Shown piece after piece: positions 61,578 to 64,000 of a DNA stretch of 64,000 bases. The position numbers were made by a program, and so were the translations under genes. The DNA comes from Basidiobolus meristosporus CBS 931.73 (Eukaryota > Fungi > Basidiobolomycota), in the NCBI GenBank assembly GCA_002104905.1, contig MCFE01000307.1, positions 1-64,000 of the forward strand. Reading direction: 5' to 3'. Below the pieces are notes generated by a model. That model was not told where the DNA came from. It did not search any database and saw only the letters and a list, made by a program, of their open reading frames with translations. The stretch's first letter is position 1. Every line of letters starts with the position of its first letter.

Positions 61578-64000
61578 TGTTGTAAGAGTCTTGGAGATAT
61601 TGGAAATGATTTGGAGAACAAGTAGATTATGTTGTTTTCACTTAATGATTTATTGAATGTAAAAGTAGTATTTATACTTTTACATGGTCTTGGCATTACA
61701 AACACATAGAATAGGTTAAGGAAGGTCCCAAGTACATGTGTGCAAAGTGTGGGGCTGTTTGGACAACTTTGAGAATTTTCATGTTCTGGGTACCTGGTAT
61801 TTTGGTGAAATATTCTAAGTAAATCCCAACAAGTAATTTGGTCAGTATTCTCTAGGATTTGAAGGTGATGATCTGAGTGACTAATTTAGGTGAATATTTA
61901 GGTGGAAATACATATTTTTACAACACTCCCACTCAGCTAAATGTTCATACCAACTAGTCCTAATTTTGACCTAAGATATTCAAACTTGTCTCTAGCTAAT
62001 GGTTGGGTAAATATGTCTGCAATCATATCATCTGTAGGACAGTAAACTAAGCTAACTAAGTTATTCTCCATAGCTTCACGTATGAAATGATGTCTAATAT
62101 CTATGTGCTTGGTTCTAGCATGAAAAGTTGGATTTCTACTTAATTGTATACATCCTTGATTATCTTGAAATAAAGTAATAGGCGTTTTTTGACATAGGCC
62201 TAAATCTGTAAACAGCTTTCCAAACCACATTGCTTCTTTTGTAGCTTCACAGGTTGCCATATACTCTGCTTCTGTGGTAGAAAGTGCTACAGTTGGTTGC
62301 TTTCTTGAATTCCATGAAATTGCGCCTTTACAGTAAAGAAAGGTGTATCCTTTGGTGGATCTTCTGTCTTTTAAATTTTGTCCCCAATCAGCATCAGAGT
62401 ATCCCACAAGATCCTGTTCCAAATCCTTATAAGTGTATCTTTAGCAGATATCAGCAGTTCCATTTAGGTATCTAAATATCTGCTTGACTGCTGCAATATG
62501 ATCAGATCCATAGTTCTGATTATGTTTGCTGACAATTCCCACTGAATATGAGATATCTGGACGTGTTCCAAGCATGATATACATCAGACTGCCAACCATA
62601 GATTGATAAGGAAAGTCAGGGCTTTCAGATGGCACCAAGCTCTCTTGATTTGGTTGAGTTTTGACCAAGCTAACGTTTGTCTCCATTGGGGTGGCTGCCG
62701 GTTTACAGTCTTCCATTTTGTACTTCTTTAGTATATCTTGAATATACTTGGATTGGCTTAGGGTGATAGTCTGGGTACTTCTGTCTATAGAGAACTTAAT
62801 CCCTAAGTAGTAACTAAGTTCTCCTAGATTGGACATCTTGAACTCCTTAGATATGCTGGATTTAGTCTCTTCCAATGTTTCTAGGTTATTGGCAGCTATA
62901 ATAAGATCATCCACATATAGAGTTAATAGAACTGGATTTGCTCTATCTGGCTTATAGTATATACTATAGTCAGTATTACTTCTTTTGAAACTCAAAGATT
63001 CCAAATAAGGATCTATCTTGCAATTCCGGGCTCCTGGTGATTGTTTGAGACCATATAGTGACTTTTTAAGCTTGCAGACCAAATGGGGGTTATCTTGGTC
63101 AACAAACCCATCAGGATGGTTCATATACACGTCCTCATCAAGTTCTCCATTCAAAAATGCAGTTTTTACATCCATTTGATGAATAAAAAACTTATATTTG
63201 GCTGCAATAGCCAATATTATTCTGATGGATTTAAACTTGGCTACCAGTGCAAAGGACTCAGTATAGTCAAGTCCTTTTTTTTGAGAGTATCCTTTAGCTA
63301 CAAGTCTTGCTTTGTATCTTTCAGTTGTACCATCAGCCTTTTACTTTGTCTTGAAGACCCATCTGCATCCAATTGATTTTTGGTTGATTGGTAATTGGAC
63401 TAAGTCCCAAGTTTGATTTTCCATCAGGGCCTGATATTCCTCAGTCATTGCAGATCTCCAAAACTTTGTCTGAGGGCTGTTTAGGGCCTCTTTTACAGTT
63501 TGGGGTTCATCAATATGGACTGAATAGGCATAGGCTAAGTTTGTACCCTCATTGATATAGTAATTTGGGCTATTTCTTGTCCAATTTGATCTCTGGGTAT
63601 TTGATACTGGAATGATCACTTCTGGTATATTCCTGGGCACTGATTCTGGCTGAACCATGGTTGTAGAGTCCTCTGGAGTGAAAAAATTTTCATTGTTTTG
63701 CTCTGATTCAATCCTGACAATTGGTGGACCTGAGATCGGATTTTTGTCATCATCTGATGTCATTTTTTGTGAGAATTTTGAATTTTCATCAAACAACACA
63801 TCCCTGGACTTGATCAACTTCTTTGCTTTGGTATTGTAGAGTCTGTATGCCTTACTCTCATTGCAGTATCCTAAAAATATGCATTTTACACTTTTTGGTT
63901 CAAATTTTGACTGATTTCTGGCCAGTTTTTTGGCATATGCTGTACACCCAAATATTCGTAGATGCTATGCTCTTGGTCTGTATCCATACCATGCTTCAAA
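61578..64000 (-). mobile_element. Ty1/copia element C (3' LTR, RNaseH, RT, integrase C-terminus; continues beyond the window)
   Basis: LTR 61578-61925 (TGTTG..CAACA), PPT TGAGTGGGAG 61935-61926. RH ORF 61937-62422, RT ORF 62441-63214, IN tail 63341-63817. Confidence 0.94.

Overview
Eukaryotic genomic DNA with many short (~55-70 nt) GT-AG introns. Gene content points to an early-diverging fungus (Zoopagomycota/Mucoromycota-like; inference only). The left ~48 kb holds about 15 protein genes: Nvj2/TEX2-like SMP protein, a spliced DUF4476-like gene, a Ubl-BAG co-chaperone, a GBBH/TMLD-type dioxygenase, an ElaA-type GNAT, a talin-F0-like plus tandem-PH protein, cytochrome c, a MAPR cytochrome-b5-like protein, ATG4, a short SatP/Ady2 acetate channel, PNS1, a WS/DGAT, and three different Pho85-type cyclins within 16 kb. 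Decayed LTRs lie at 24.9-27.4 kb and 41.7 kb. The right 11.5 kb is a nest of three copies of one Ty1/copia family. Old element B (+) carries young element A (-, GATGC target-site duplication, LTRs differing at 2 of 349 sites) in its gag and element C (-) in its 3' LTR. The family has the Ty5/copia-type primer site GGTTATGAGCCC (half-molecule initiator tRNA priming) and is strongly CpG-depleted. No rRNA, tRNA or CRISPR features were recognised. All exon models, identities and family assignments were made by eye, without database searches.
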